Position numbers and translations under genes: made by a program. Below the pieces are notes generated by a model that was not told the DNA's origin, searched no databases, and saw only the letters and a list, made by a program, of their open reading frames with translations. Below are positions 32,725-41,466 of a DNA stretch of 43,152 bases, in pieces. Position 1 is the stretch's first letter; each line of letters starts with the position of its first letter. Source of the DNA: a virus; the IMG/VR virus record IMGVR_UViG_3300023212_000175, positions 1 to 43,152 of that record. One strand, 5' to 3'.

Positions 32725-34916
32725 TATGCGACCTTTCCTGGAATCGTTTGCTCGTCTGGTGGTGTTGGTGGTAATGCCCCAGGAGCACCATTTGGTTTAG
32801 GTTGCTGAGGTTTAGGTCCTGCGGTGGGAGGGGGTTTCAATCCCTGCAGGTGACCCTGTAAATGCTGCTGCATTAACGCGTAAACTTTTGGCTGAGTTCG
32901 TTTGATTTCCTGTCCTGGAGAATCAGCTAAGTAATTGCGTAAAGTCTCCGCATGAATTGAATGATCATCAACGAGATTGTCAACTGGAATATTGTTACCT
33001 TTCCGCATCTCGTTAATTTCAACCATTTGCAAGCTTCTCTGAACCTCCCCCGGTATCTTGAAATCCGGATTAGAAAGATAATCGGCAAGTAACCTTCTAT
33101 TTTCCGGAGAATATAACGCTGTATTGAGGAACTCGTTGTTCATCTCCATGAGTTTCATTAAAAGCGCCTGCTTCTGAGGGAGGCTCAACGGGAAACTTTC
33201 GGAGCCTTCAGATTCAACTTCACCAACTTTACCGGTTGTCTCTGCCCTACGAATCCAGACATTAACGTAGTTACCTGAAGCCTCCTTAACAACATAGCGT
33301 TCGTCTTCGATCATGTTTTCAACGAACAAATGAACACACTTCTCCAACATTCGAGCGACCCAATCGACTACAAAGGACCAACAAATTGAAAGTCTTTGAA
33401 GAGCCATTTGACGGCTCATGTTATATTCTGCCGCCGTTCTTGATTTTCCTTCAGCAGCTCCTCCGTAAATCGAAGGGAAACTTCCTGTAACAAACTGGCC
33501 CATTTGTTCAAGCTGTTTACTGAAACCAGCAAGCTCTCTTGATAAGGTAGCTCTATTTCCTTCATAGAACGCATCAGCAAGACGCTGACCCGTTCTGGGT
33601 CGGGCCGGAAAGACGAATCCTGGTCTTGCCTCATGTCGAGAATAGACTTCAAAATTGAGAACTCCAGGATCTGCAAAAGTGCTAGGTATTCCGTGTTCGA
33701 TTGTTTCTTCCGTAAGATTAAGATGGACATTAGTTATCTCCTGGATAGGAATTAGGGGTTGTCCCAACGGGTCCGAGTGAATATACTGACTTAAACCCGC
33801 TTGACCGATTGTCCAATATTTGTCCAGGTCTTCATCTCTACTCTCAGCATAAGTAGTTCCCACATACGCGACGTAAGCACCATTAGGAAAAAGCTTCTGC
33901 AACTGCTTTTGTTCTTCTTTTTTCTCCGGAGGTAGACCCTCGAAAGCCCAAGGACGTAACCACCACTGCTTTAACGTTAGGAGATTACGATTTTCGTCAA
34001 TAGTATTGTAAGACGAATAACTCGAAGGAGTCCTTGCCAACTTCTCATACATTCCCTGTTCGCCCTCATCTTTTCGGAGGTCATCTGCGATGTGGGGATA
34101 CAAATGCTTCAAGAACTCGCGCGGCCGGTCTGTATTGAGACTTAAGTAAGGTGTATCTTTTTGCGTTCTCGAATAGTAAGAGACCTTGACGAAAAGAGGA
34201 CCATAACACTCGATCATGACCCTAGATTTTGGACTTTTCTGGAAGTCGTCCAGAACGGGAACCATTTTCATTGGCTGTCCACAAGTCGGGCAGGGCATAC
34301 CGTCGAATGCTTCATCCTCTCCGATCGGTTTCTCCATCTCGCAATTCATGCAAGTGAGACTTTCTTTGTAATTCGGTATGTTAATCTCACCAAATGCCTT
34401 ATCCGCCCTCGGTGCATGATAAGCGCAAACGATCCCTTGATTCCAAAGGAGGAAGAGAGAACGAAGAAATAGAATTTTGAACTTATTATGCCGCATTATT
34501 AAATCGGCAATTTTGGCGTAGACCTGAGATGTTGTAATGTCTTCATCATCGTCGGCATCATCAGGAGGGAACCTGACCGCCGGTATGTTTGCTGACAAAG
34601 CCGCAATAATTGCCTCTCCGTGAGCGCGGTAAATATTAGCCACGAAATCGTAAAACGGACCCTCAGCTTCCTCCCGACCCTCTTCTTCCTGATACCAACG
34701 TGTATCAGTTGGACTGATCCAGTCTTGACGTGATTCCGACCAAAAAATAAACTGTATTCCATGCCAAAACTCATCATTCTTCTTCCAGAGCTTAATTTGC
34801 TGTTTACGAATCCACGCATCCTCTTTTTCGTATTTGTCTATAAGCTCCTTAAGACAGTCCTGCAACTCCTTCGGCAACTTTTCGTTGTTTTGACCGTATT
34901 TTGGCTTTGGACTCAT
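32724..34916 (-). CDS. Portal protein (putative) with an inserted Cys4 zinc ribbon and a Pro-rich C-terminal tail
   Basis: 730 aa, the largest head-module protein upstream of scaffold and capsid. It carries CMNC-x16-CPTC at aa 189..212. Called on position and size. Confidence 0.55.
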   Translation of the reverse strand: MSPKPKYGQNNEKLPKELQDCLKELIDKYEKEDAWIRKQQIKLWKKNDEFWHGIQFIFWSESRQDWISPTDTRWYQEEEGREEAEGPFYDFVANIYRAHGEAIIAALSANIPAVRFPPDDADDDEDITTSQVYAKIADLIMRHNKFKILFLRSLFLLWNQGIVCAYHAPRADKAFGEINIPNYKESLTCMNCEMEKPIGEDEAFDGMPCPTCGQPMKMVPVLDDFQKSPKSRVMIECYGPLFVKVSYYSRTQKDTPYLSLNTDRPREFLKHLYPHIADDLRKDEGEQGMYEKLARTPSSYSSYNTIDENRNLLTLKQWWLRPWAFEGLPPEKKEEQKQLQKLFPNGAYVAYVGTTYAESRDEDLDKYWTIGQAGLSQYIHSDPLGQPLIPIQEITNVHLNLTEETIEHGIPSTFADPGVLNFEVYSRHEARPGFVFPARPRTGQRLADAFYEGNRATLSRELAGFSKQLEQMGQFVTGSFPSIYGGAAEGKSRTAAEYNMSRQMALQRLSICWSFVVDWVARMLEKCVHLFVENMIEDERYVVKEASGNYVNVWIRRAETTGKVGEVESEGSESFPLSLPQKQALLMKLMEMNNEFLNTALYSPENRRLLADYLSNPDFKIPGEVQRSLQMVEINEMRKGNNIPVDNLVDDHSIHAETLRNYLADSPGQEIKRTQPKVYALMQQHLQGHLQGLKPPPTAGPKPQQPKPNGAPGALPPTPPDEQTIPGKVA

Positions 34917-34973
34917 GATTTTATTGGGGCTCTCAAGATCTCCCCCGAGATTGGGAGCCCCTCATTCCGTCCC

Positions 34974-35762
34974 TTACAGAGTTCCAACTACGTAAAGAAC
35001 GAACACCTCGAACGACCCTGCGGTTAGTGTAGCCGCAGCAATCGTCACGTTAATCTGTCCCGCGGCGGTTAATTTCACCGGCGCCGCGAAGGTCACACTG
35101 AGATTAATGGGAGTCGCAACGACAAAGGACGCCTTGCCGGTCGCTACGAGAATAGAGCTACTTGAACTTCCAGCAGTCGTCCCAACAGCGACAGTAGCCG
35201 CGCCGGCTGAAGCAACAGCGACGGTCGTATTCAAAGTACCACCGACCATAATTGCATTGATCGGAATTACGTCTGAGTACGAAGCGGGAGTCAAAGTCGA
35301 AATCGCACCACCGTCAACCACGAAATCGTAACGCGCAATAGCGACGTTCAAATATGTACGATTTAACGGGGTGTACAGAAGATAAGGCGAAGCTCCTGGA
35401 GCACCAGGAGTTACATCCGCCGTTGCGTTCTGGGAAATGGAGACGTCGACACCGATATTGGTTTGCGCGGTTGGATACGCATTAGTCGATGTGCAGACAA
35501 CGTCGTAAGCTATGGCCGAAGGTGCCGGATTCCAAGAGACAGCAACGAAATTTCCGTTACTTAAATTTTTGACGTTAGAGGGAGCACCCGCCCCTCCTAA
35601 CGCGGCTGGTGTGTTATTTACTTGGACGGGACCCGCAAATAAGCTCCTGGAACCATCCGGATAGATGGCCTGAACCCAGTAAAACCGACTTGTCGCGCCG
35701 CCCGGTGATCCGAAATAACGGGCAATCAAGCCCGTAACCGGAGGTGGGGTGACTGATGGCAT
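34974..35762 (-). CDS. Surface-exposed Ig/FN3-like protein (possible head fibre or decoration)
   Basis: 262 aa. It has an FN3-like segment (NFVAVSWNPAPSAIAYDVVCTS) and an Ala/Thr/Gly-rich beta C-terminal half. Confidence 0.35.
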   Translation of the reverse strand: MPSVTPPPVTGLIARYFGSPGGATSRFYWVQAIYPDGSRSLFAGPVQVNNTPAALGGAGAPSNVKNLSNGNFVAVSWNPAPSAIAYDVVCTSTNAYPTAQTNIGVDVSISQNATADVTPGAPGASPYLLYTPLNRTYLNVAIARYDFVVDGGAISTLTPASYSDVIPINAIMVGGTLNTTVAVASAGAATVAVGTTAGSSSSSILVATGKASFVVATPINLSVTFAAPVKLTAAGQINVTIAAATLTAGSFEVFVLYVVGTL

Positions 35763-35765
35763 CGT

Positions 35766-35936
35766 TTACTCCTTTTTTCGCTTAACTACGCTTTCTCTAA
35801 ACCAATCGAAAAGCATGTCGACTTTTGTTTCAATACTTGTGAAGCGCCTTGTGTTCTTACTGTGAAGGGCGATCAAAGTAACACCGATACCTATAAGAGT
35901 TAAGACGTCCCCAAGATGTATTGTTCCATCAAACAC
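35766..35936 (-). CDS. 56-aa single-pass membrane protein with a basic C-terminus (holin-like candidate)
   Basis: GTG 35936 overlaps the upstream stop (GTGTTTGA). TM segment LGDVLTLIGIGVTLIAL, then the charged tail ...RESVVKRKKE. The ORF-track start at 36035 would overlap the upstream gene by about 107 nt. Confidence 0.4.
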   Translation of the reverse strand: MFDGTIHLGDVLTLIGIGVTLIALHSKNTRRFTSIETKVDMLFDWFRESVVKRKKE

Positions 35937-36177
35937 GATGGAGAGCCTTGTTAAAGGTCTTATGTTTGTCTTCGATCTTTTTCTTTTTTCCTGAAAGACC
36001 CCCAAGACCCTTTGGCCTTTCTGGATAATGCCCACCGTGCTTATTTTCTTCCCTTCTTTCTGAGTACATAATCGCGACGGCTTGTTTAGGGTTGGTCACT
36101 TTTGGGTGCCCTTTTCCTTTGCCCCCAGAGCGAAGTTTTCCAGCAGAAAACTTTTTCATTACCTGTGAGCTAGGCAT
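35929..36177 (-). CDS. Small basic protein resembling the bacterial DUF6496-type family (F-x-x-GKLRSG...KQAVAI)
   Basis: MPSSQVMKKFSAGKLRSGGKGKGHPKVTNPKQAVAIMYSERR. Start trimmed to ATG 36177 (AAAGGG RBS). The ORF-track start is 36321. Confidence 0.4.
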   Translation of the reverse strand: MPSSQVMKKFSAGKLRSGGKGKGHPKVTNPKQAVAIMYSERREENKHGGHYPERPKGLGGLSGKKKKIEDKHKTFNKALHRV

Positions 36178-36544
36178 TCTCGACCCTTTCATTTCGCGCG
36201 CGCCAATGCTTTTCAGTAGCGTCAACCTGCTGTTTCGCTTTAGAGCGTTGCGCGTCCATTCTCTCAAGTCGTTGTCTCCTTGACGTCCAGGACTCGCCAC
36301 CCGTTTTGATCGGCTGAACATTCTTGTCTTCTAATCTAACCTCTCCTTGTACTTGATTGATTCCTGAAACTTCAAAGAGTTTTTCCCTGAACAAAGTCCC
36401 CTCATCACTAAGCTCTTTGATCCTCTCTCGGAGGGAGGCGATCTCGACATCCTTAGCAGTTATGAGCTGGTTCAGGACGGAAGCCTGTTTCTCAAGATCA
36501 CTCGCCGTGCTCCCCCCGAGAATTTTTATGAACCAATTTTTCAA
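36170..36544 (-). CDS. Coiled-coil protein
   Basis: 124-aa ORF that is charged and helical. ATGA-type coupling to the upstream gene. Confidence 0.55.
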   Translation of the reverse strand: MKNWFIKILGGSTASDLEKQASVLNQLITAKDVEIASLRERIKELSDEGTLFREKLFEVSGINQVQGEVRLEDKNVQPIKTGGESWTSRRQRLERMDAQRSKAKQQVDATEKHWRARNERVENA

Positions 36545-36921
36545 AATGTCCCCACTACTGGAGTGGCGCTATTGACCGTCGCTTGTAACGTAAACGGAGC
36601 CACGCTCGTTATATTAATAATTACGGTTGCAGCGTTCGTCCCGGTGTTAATTTGGAACGTCAACGCCCACGGAAGAGTGACTGTGTTCGGAACTGTAAAT
36701 TGAGGTATTGTGACACCATCAGCCGTGATGGGTCCAATCGTCAAGACCTTAGCTGGAAATGTGTCACCGATGATAGTGAAAGCAACGGCCTGAGGAGTTC
36801 CAGGAGAAACGTTAATTACTACCTTCGCTGGAGATGCTGGAACAGCGGGGGAACCAGGAGTAAACGTTGCTTGCGCGGCCGCGCTCAAATAAAATAAGAA
36901 AAGCAATATTGCTAACTTCAC
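36541..36921 (-). CDS. Secreted beta-rich (Ig-like) protein with a cleavable Sec signal peptide
   Basis: MKLAILLFLFYLSAAAQA|TF has an n-region, a hydrophobic core and an AxA site. There is no lipobox Cys. Its start overlaps the TerL stop. Confidence 0.6.
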   Translation of the reverse strand: MKLAILLFLFYLSAAAQATFTPGSPAVPASPAKVVINVSPGTPQAVAFTIIGDTFPAKVLTIGPITADGVTIPQFTVPNTVTLPWALTFQINTGTNAATVIINITSVAPFTLQATVNSATPVVGTF

Positions 36922-38519
36922 TGTATTCTCCTTGAATGAAATCTTCGTACAGGAATAATTTCTTTATCTGCTTTCATCGCCTCGATATGTTCCATTTGAC
37001 GATGTAACGAAGTCCAATCCTTAGTCTTCTCAAAACTCTCAAGAACGGCTCCGATTACTTTTCTCTGGTCACCTTCTTCTCTGAGTTGTCCGAGAAGAGT
37101 ATCGGCCTCCTCAACCATATAACGCGCGCAATCATACGGATCGTCTCCATCGAACTCTTTAACGTCTTCACTTGGTTTTCCGTCTGGAGTTTTCTTACCG
37201 TAGATGCACAGAGGAATGCACTTGCGAAATTCAACGCAGTTTTCAAAGACTTGGAGTTTTGGTAAATTCGTTTCCGGAACTTCCGGCTCGAAGGAGGTAA
37301 CGTAGTCTTTGTAGGCGTCGAGACCTTGAATACGCATTATTCGTTGCGCGGCTTCATTGGAGAATTCACCGTTAATATTCTTACTTTGAGGCTTAGCCGT
37401 CCATCTTAAGTACTCTTGAAGGAGCAATTTACCGTGAATCCTATCGTTCTTCGCTTCCTCAAACTCAATGTTGGAATATTTTCTGGCCTTATCGGCCATT
37501 ATGATGTCATCTTCCCCGCGATTTTGCCAAGCAGAGCGACAGAGCACGGCCCTTGAAAATCGTTCAGAGTCAGAAAGTTTTCCTATCTCACTCGCCCACT
37601 CCGAAGTCTTCTTACCTTTCTGAGCATATTCCCGGTACAAAAATAAGCGATCATTAGGACTGAGAGCGCCCCAAAGACCAACAGTAAAAGCATTAAAACC
37701 CCAGTCAACGGAAATAATACGTGTCCACCAATCCGGAATCGGAAAAGGTTTGATAACATGAAGTGCGTGCTCTGGTTCTCCGGGTATATTGTTTTCTCTC
37801 CAATCGGTGAACACTTGACCCTCAAACGTGTACCAATCGCCGTCAAGCTTCGCGCGCCTCTCAGCTTCAGGGAGAGCCATCAAGCGGTTCACATAATTCG
37901 GATCGATGTGGGGATTATCTTTAAGAAGGCACTGAATAAAGATTCTCTTTAGGGTCGTTCTACGATCAAGGATGATTGTTCCCCATGGAGCGGGCTCAAC
38001 AAAATAACCGCGCACCCACGCATGACCAACATTACCAGGATTTGTTCCTGAACGAACAATAACTGGTAGATTAGAACTTTTCCTGGTCCGCATTCTTGAG
38101 TTAACAAAATATTTGTATTGGAATTCTGTAAAAGATGTTAGTTCATCAAACGCGGCGAATTGGTATTCATCAGTGTCGTATTTTCGTACGTCGTTCTCAT
38201 ATTCCATATGACCGAAACGAATTACGGCACCAGAACCGAAAACCCAACGCCTTTTCTCTTCATGATACTGTCCCCCGAAATGTGGGTACCACTCTCTTGA
38301 GCGGCCGATGATTTCCGTTTCAAGCTCTGGATAAGTCCTTCTAAAGAGAATTCCCTTGAAGTACGGATTCTTGTGAAAGCCGCGCAAAACTGGGAGCATG
38401 ACCAGGAGATCGGATTTCCCTCCTCCAGCCGCGCCCCCGTACATAGCTTCGAAAATGGAATCTGGAAGACCCGCAAAGAGTTCTTGTTTCTTGTGCGGCT
38501 TCCACTCTTTAGTTAGCAT
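36918..38519 (-). CDS. terL: Terminase large subunit
   Basis: Walker A YGGAAGGGKS, Walker B FAAFDELT and a C-terminal nuclease-sized domain. 533 aa. Confidence 0.85.
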   Translation of the reverse strand: MLTKEWKPHKKQELFAGLPDSIFEAMYGGAAGGGKSDLLVMLPVLRGFHKNPYFKGILFRRTYPELETEIIGRSREWYPHFGGQYHEEKRRWVFGSGAVIRFGHMEYENDVRKYDTDEYQFAAFDELTSFTEFQYKYFVNSRMRTRKSSNLPVIVRSGTNPGNVGHAWVRGYFVEPAPWGTIILDRRTTLKRIFIQCLLKDNPHIDPNYVNRLMALPEAERRAKLDGDWYTFEGQVFTDWRENNIPGEPEHALHVIKPFPIPDWWTRIISVDWGFNAFTVGLWGALSPNDRLFLYREYAQKGKKTSEWASEIGKLSDSERFSRAVLCRSAWQNRGEDDIIMADKARKYSNIEFEEAKNDRIHGKLLLQEYLRWTAKPQSKNINGEFSNEAAQRIMRIQGLDAYKDYVTSFEPEVPETNLPKLQVFENCVEFRKCIPLCIYGKKTPDGKPSEDVKEFDGDDPYDCARYMVEEADTLLGQLREEGDQRKVIGAVLESFEKTKDWTSLHRQMEHIEAMKADKEIIPVRRFHSRRIQ

Positions 38520-38833
38520 TAGCCCTGCGTGAACTCTATAAACCCCGCAACGTCAACCGCGACGTCCGAATGAAGTTTTAAATCGGCTCCAGACGAACCA
38601 ATCGCTAACTGTCCTAAGGTATCCCCAAAACGGCAGTTATAGACAGATCCACTAACCGTAGTATAAGGTCCTAACTTCGGAGAAAAAGAATTTACTCCAT
38701 CCTTGAATTCAAGTAAAGCCCCCAAAGTAGGAACTAACCAAAAAGAATAGAAAGATACTTTTTGGCCTGATACTCCAGGAACGATAATCGTATTAGAATT
38801 GAGTCCTATCGTTATACTAAAAGGCAAAATCAT
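38519..38833 (-). CDS. Small beta-rich protein
   Basis: 104-aa ORF. Its stop overlaps the TerL start and its start abuts the upstream stop. Confidence 0.55.
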   Translation of the reverse strand: MILPFSITIGLNSNTIIVPGVSGQKVSFYSFWLVPTLGALLEFKDGVNSFSPKLGPYTTVSGSVYNCRFGDTLGQLAIGSSGADLKLHSDVAVDVAGFIEFTQG

Positions 38834-39511
38834 TTAGGGAATTACCTCCTCCCAAGTCATAGATGCTGAAACTAACCAAGTAGTCCCAGCGCCATTACCT
38901 ACTGCGATACCACAAAAACCTCCAGGAGGGACAATGATTTCCCCCGCTGTTTCTTCCAAGATTGAAACCGACGCGGTTCCTTGAGCTAGAGCGGTCGGTG
39001 TTGCGATTGTAATGCCAGCGATGGGTCTTAAAACAATGGCTACGACGGAACCCGTCAAGGCTGAGTTTATATAGCCTTGCATTGATGAACCGACTCCCTT
39101 GAAAGTAAAATTATTTATCGGTGGATTTGCAGAAGCTGCTGTTATTCCTGCGGGGCTTGCTATGACATTCCAAAAGAACATTGGGACCGCTGCTGGTGTC
39201 CCGGAAATTTGGGATACGAAAGCTCTTAGGATCGAGGCACAAAATTTGTTACTGGCCGGATTGAAGATACCAACTAGGGGCTGTCCTGTATTTGCTGCCA
39301 GTGGTGAATTATTGGCGGCCGCGACTGTAATACCTGCCGTCACGGAAGAAAGAGTAAAAACATTGCCCCTGATTACGGCTTCCTGGTAGCGCGCGTGTGC
39401 GTCTGTTGATATTAAAGAAGAATCACGAGAACCTCGAAGCATGAACTGCGAGCCATCTGCGGCTGTTCTTGGTCCGACGATTCCTTGATCTACCGTAATG
39501 CAAGGAAACAT
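38834..39511 (-). CDS. Ala/Gly/Thr-rich beta protein of unknown function
   Basis: 225-aa ORF, preceded by a promoter-like element and an AAAGAAAGG RBS region. Confidence 0.6.
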   Translation of the reverse strand: MFPCITVDQGIVGPRTAADGSQFMLRGSRDSSLISTDAHARYQEAVIRGNVFTLSSVTAGITVAAANNSPLAANTGQPLVGIFNPASNKFCASILRAFVSQISGTPAAVPMFFWNVIASPAGITAASANPPINNFTFKGVGSSMQGYINSALTGSVVAIVLRPIAGITIATPTALAQGTASVSILEETAGEIIVPPGGFCGIAVGNGAGTTWLVSASMTWEEVIP

Positions 39512-39532
39512 TCTTATTTGCCTTTCTTTTAC

Positions 39533-39561
39533 TTCATAAAATGAGTTACCAAAATTGTCAA
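39533..39561 (-). promoter_or_regulatory. Sigma70-like promoter on the minus strand: TTGACA (39561..39556), 17 nt, TATGAA (39538..39533)
   Basis: Read on the reverse complement of the only sizeable gap (39512..39641) inside the late arm. Confidence 0.45.
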
Positions 39562-39641
39562 ACTTAAAACCAGAAAACCAAAGTTATCTTCTAAAAGTTT
39601 AATGGCTCTTTTTCTGTTGTCAGGATTGTGAACAGTAAGCA

Positions 39642-39992
39642 CTAAACTCCAGTTCCAATTATTGGAGGGACTTCAAAGTTGCCTTTGATGCTGACGCCGG
39701 GCTGGCTCGATTGGACAAAAATTCCACCGGACATGAAGATACCGATTTTATCTTCTGGAGTATATGATATCATACCTCCATCATTTAAGTTAGTGGGGGG
39801 TACGACAAAGATTGGGGGGCTACTCAAATCCCAAACAGAAACCTTTGAGGTTAAGCCAGAAGAATTTGCAATCAAAAGATTATGCAAACGGCAGTCATAA
39901 TTGTACAAAGCTGTCGGACTCGTTGGCATTATTTGATTGATGTCAGTCATCAACTTTTGATTATCCGGTCGCGGTGTTTGTTTGACTAGCAT
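39642..39992 (-). CDS. Small beta-rich protein
   Basis: 116-aa ORF. Its ATG overlaps the upstream stop (TGATG). Confidence 0.55.
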   Translation of the reverse strand: MLVKQTPRPDNQKLMTDINQIMPTSPTALYNYDCRLHNLLIANSSGLTSKVSVWDLSSPPIFVVPPTNLNDGGMISYTPEDKIGIFMSGGIFVQSSQPGVSIKGNFEVPPIIGTGV

Positions 39993-40114
39993 CAGTAATT
40001 CGGGCTTTGACCCATATCGGTGCCAATCCCGTAAGGCGCCATTTTCTTTTCTTTGACCATCTTGATCTTCTTCGGTTTCTTCAACTTCTTCGGTTTGATG
40101 CTGAATTTTCGCAT
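39992..40114 (-). CDS. 40-aa Lys-rich basic peptide
   Basis: Hand translation: MRKFSIKPKKLKKPKKIKMVKEKKMAPYGIGTDMGQSPNY. An AAGGAG RBS (40125..40120) lies 5 nt upstream. The stop overlaps the next ATG. Confidence 0.5.
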   Translation of the reverse strand: MRKFSIKPKKLKKPKKIKMVKEKKMAPYGIGTDMGQSPNY

Positions 40115-40123
40115 GTTTTCTCC

Positions 40124-40516
40124 TTATGCTGCGTGCGGCGCTGGAAGAGTTGGATCAACAGCCGCAGCTATTGCATTCATGTTGGACACGACAGTATTGA
40201 CCTGCTGTACAATGACGTCTGTAGTATTTGTCGGAAGGGGTTTCTTTCCCTGAGAAGCGAGGATTGAATTTATCACATCGATCGATGCTTGTGCAGACGC
40301 CGCAACGGCCGCACCTTTTACCGCTCCGGAACCAGGAGCTGTTACGGATGATTCTACTGACACCGCAGCTTTTGTCGCCCCAAGCATCAAACCACCAATA
40401 ACAGGATCGAACGTTGCAATAATCGGTGCGGCTACGCTCGCGGCAACTTCGGTGGCATGGAATACGGATTTGAAAACTCGAAGGAAGGAACTCATATTAG
40501 TTTGTCTTTCGGACAC
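40124..40516 (-). CDS. Ala-rich hypothetical protein (GTG start; alternative ATG at 40495)
   Basis: 130-aa ORF. No convincing RBS for either start. Confidence 0.5.
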   Translation of the reverse strand: MSERQTNMSSFLRVFKSVFHATEVAASVAAPIIATFDPVIGGLMLGATKAAVSVESSVTAPGSGAVKGAAVAASAQASIDVINSILASQGKKPLPTNTTDVIVQQVNTVVSNMNAIAAAVDPTLPAPHAA

Positions 40517-40628
40517 TCCTCACAAATATCTGGGTATCCAATACCATGGACGCATACCCAAATGTCGGAACTGGGAGGAAATTTCAAATGAACTATTGCC
40601 GAATCCGAATTCAAAAGACCGTTGCTCT

Positions 40629-41141
40629 TCAAATTTCGATCGTCTTGAATGACTTTTCACTCCTTTGTTCTGGACAGTAAACTATCACATTGACGGGCGC
40701 TTGACTCTCTTCTCGTGGTAACGTGCGATCCATGACCTTCGCCATGTTGGCAGCAATTCGAGAAAGTCCTTGAGCATTCTCCCTTGAGAGTTTGTCATCG
40801 GAGATCAAACCCATTGATGCCATTAGCTTATCGACAGCAATGTCTCTGACCTCCTTCAACTGTTGTTGCAGCGCTTGTTCGTCCAGAGATTTATCTTTCC
40901 CTCTTTCAAGTTGGGAGACGCGCGCTTGCGTTGTGCTGAACTCAGAAGCTAAATCCGCTTGCAATTCACCCAAACGAGAGCGAAGCGCGATTTCATTTCT
41001 TTTAACGACCTCAAGATTAGGAACTCCTGTTTTCCTCCCCGGTCGATGAATGATGCGCTCCTGAACTCCGGAACCAAAGCGCAGAGCTAGATTGTCCGGG
41101 GAGGAAAGTCTTTGATCTACTTGTTCATTGCTGAGAAGCAT
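40629..41141 (-). CDS. XRE-type HTH DNA-binding protein; small terminase subunit candidate
   Basis: LRSRLGELQADLASEFSTTQARVSQLERGK is HTH-like and is followed by a helical region. It is the second gene of the late arm, upstream of TerL. Confidence 0.4.
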   Translation of the reverse strand: MLLSNEQVDQRLSSPDNLALRFGSGVQERIIHRPGRKTGVPNLEVVKRNEIALRSRLGELQADLASEFSTTQARVSQLERGKDKSLDEQALQQQLKEVRDIAVDKLMASMGLISDDKLSRENAQGLSRIAANMAKVMDRTLPREESQAPVNVIVYCPEQRSEKSFKTIEI

Positions 41142-41394
41142 TTTGTTCTTCTTGTTCTTCTTGTTTTAAAGCAACTCTGAGATGATCCTTTACAGCCTGG
41201 AGGAAATTAATTTCAGCTTCAATTGGTGACGGTGAACCCTTCGCGGCTTCGATAGCGAGATCGATATCTCGAACGAAACTTTCCGGATCGATTGGGAGCC
41301 CATCAATTCTTTGGGCACGAAAAACTTTTTCCGGCAAAAGAAATAACTGCGTAAGACCTTGGGACCGAAGAGAAATCTGTATAGCTCCCTGCAT
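41125..41394 (-). CDS. Hypothetical protein, first gene of the late arm (apparently leaderless)
   Basis: 89-aa ORF. Its ATG lies only 9 nt downstream of the -10 hexamer and has no Shine-Dalgarno sequence. Confidence 0.55.
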   Translation of the reverse strand: MQGAIQISLRSQGLTQLFLLPEKVFRAQRIDGLPIDPESFVRDIDLAIEAAKGSPSPIEAEINFLQAVKDHLRVALKQEEQEEQNASQQ

Positions 41395-41403
41395 ATTGAT
41401 GAC

Positions 41404-41432
41404 AGTATAAGCGAAGCGCCTTGTCCTGTCAA
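41404..41432 (-). promoter_or_regulatory. Sigma70-type late promoter: TTGACA (41432..41427), 17 nt, TATACT (41409..41404)
   Basis: Consensus -35, a 5/6 match at -10 and an ideal spacer, read on the reverse complement directly upstream of the first late gene. Confidence 0.65.
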
Positions 41433-41466
41433 TGCACCGCTAGACCCTGTGAATATGCCCGCATTG

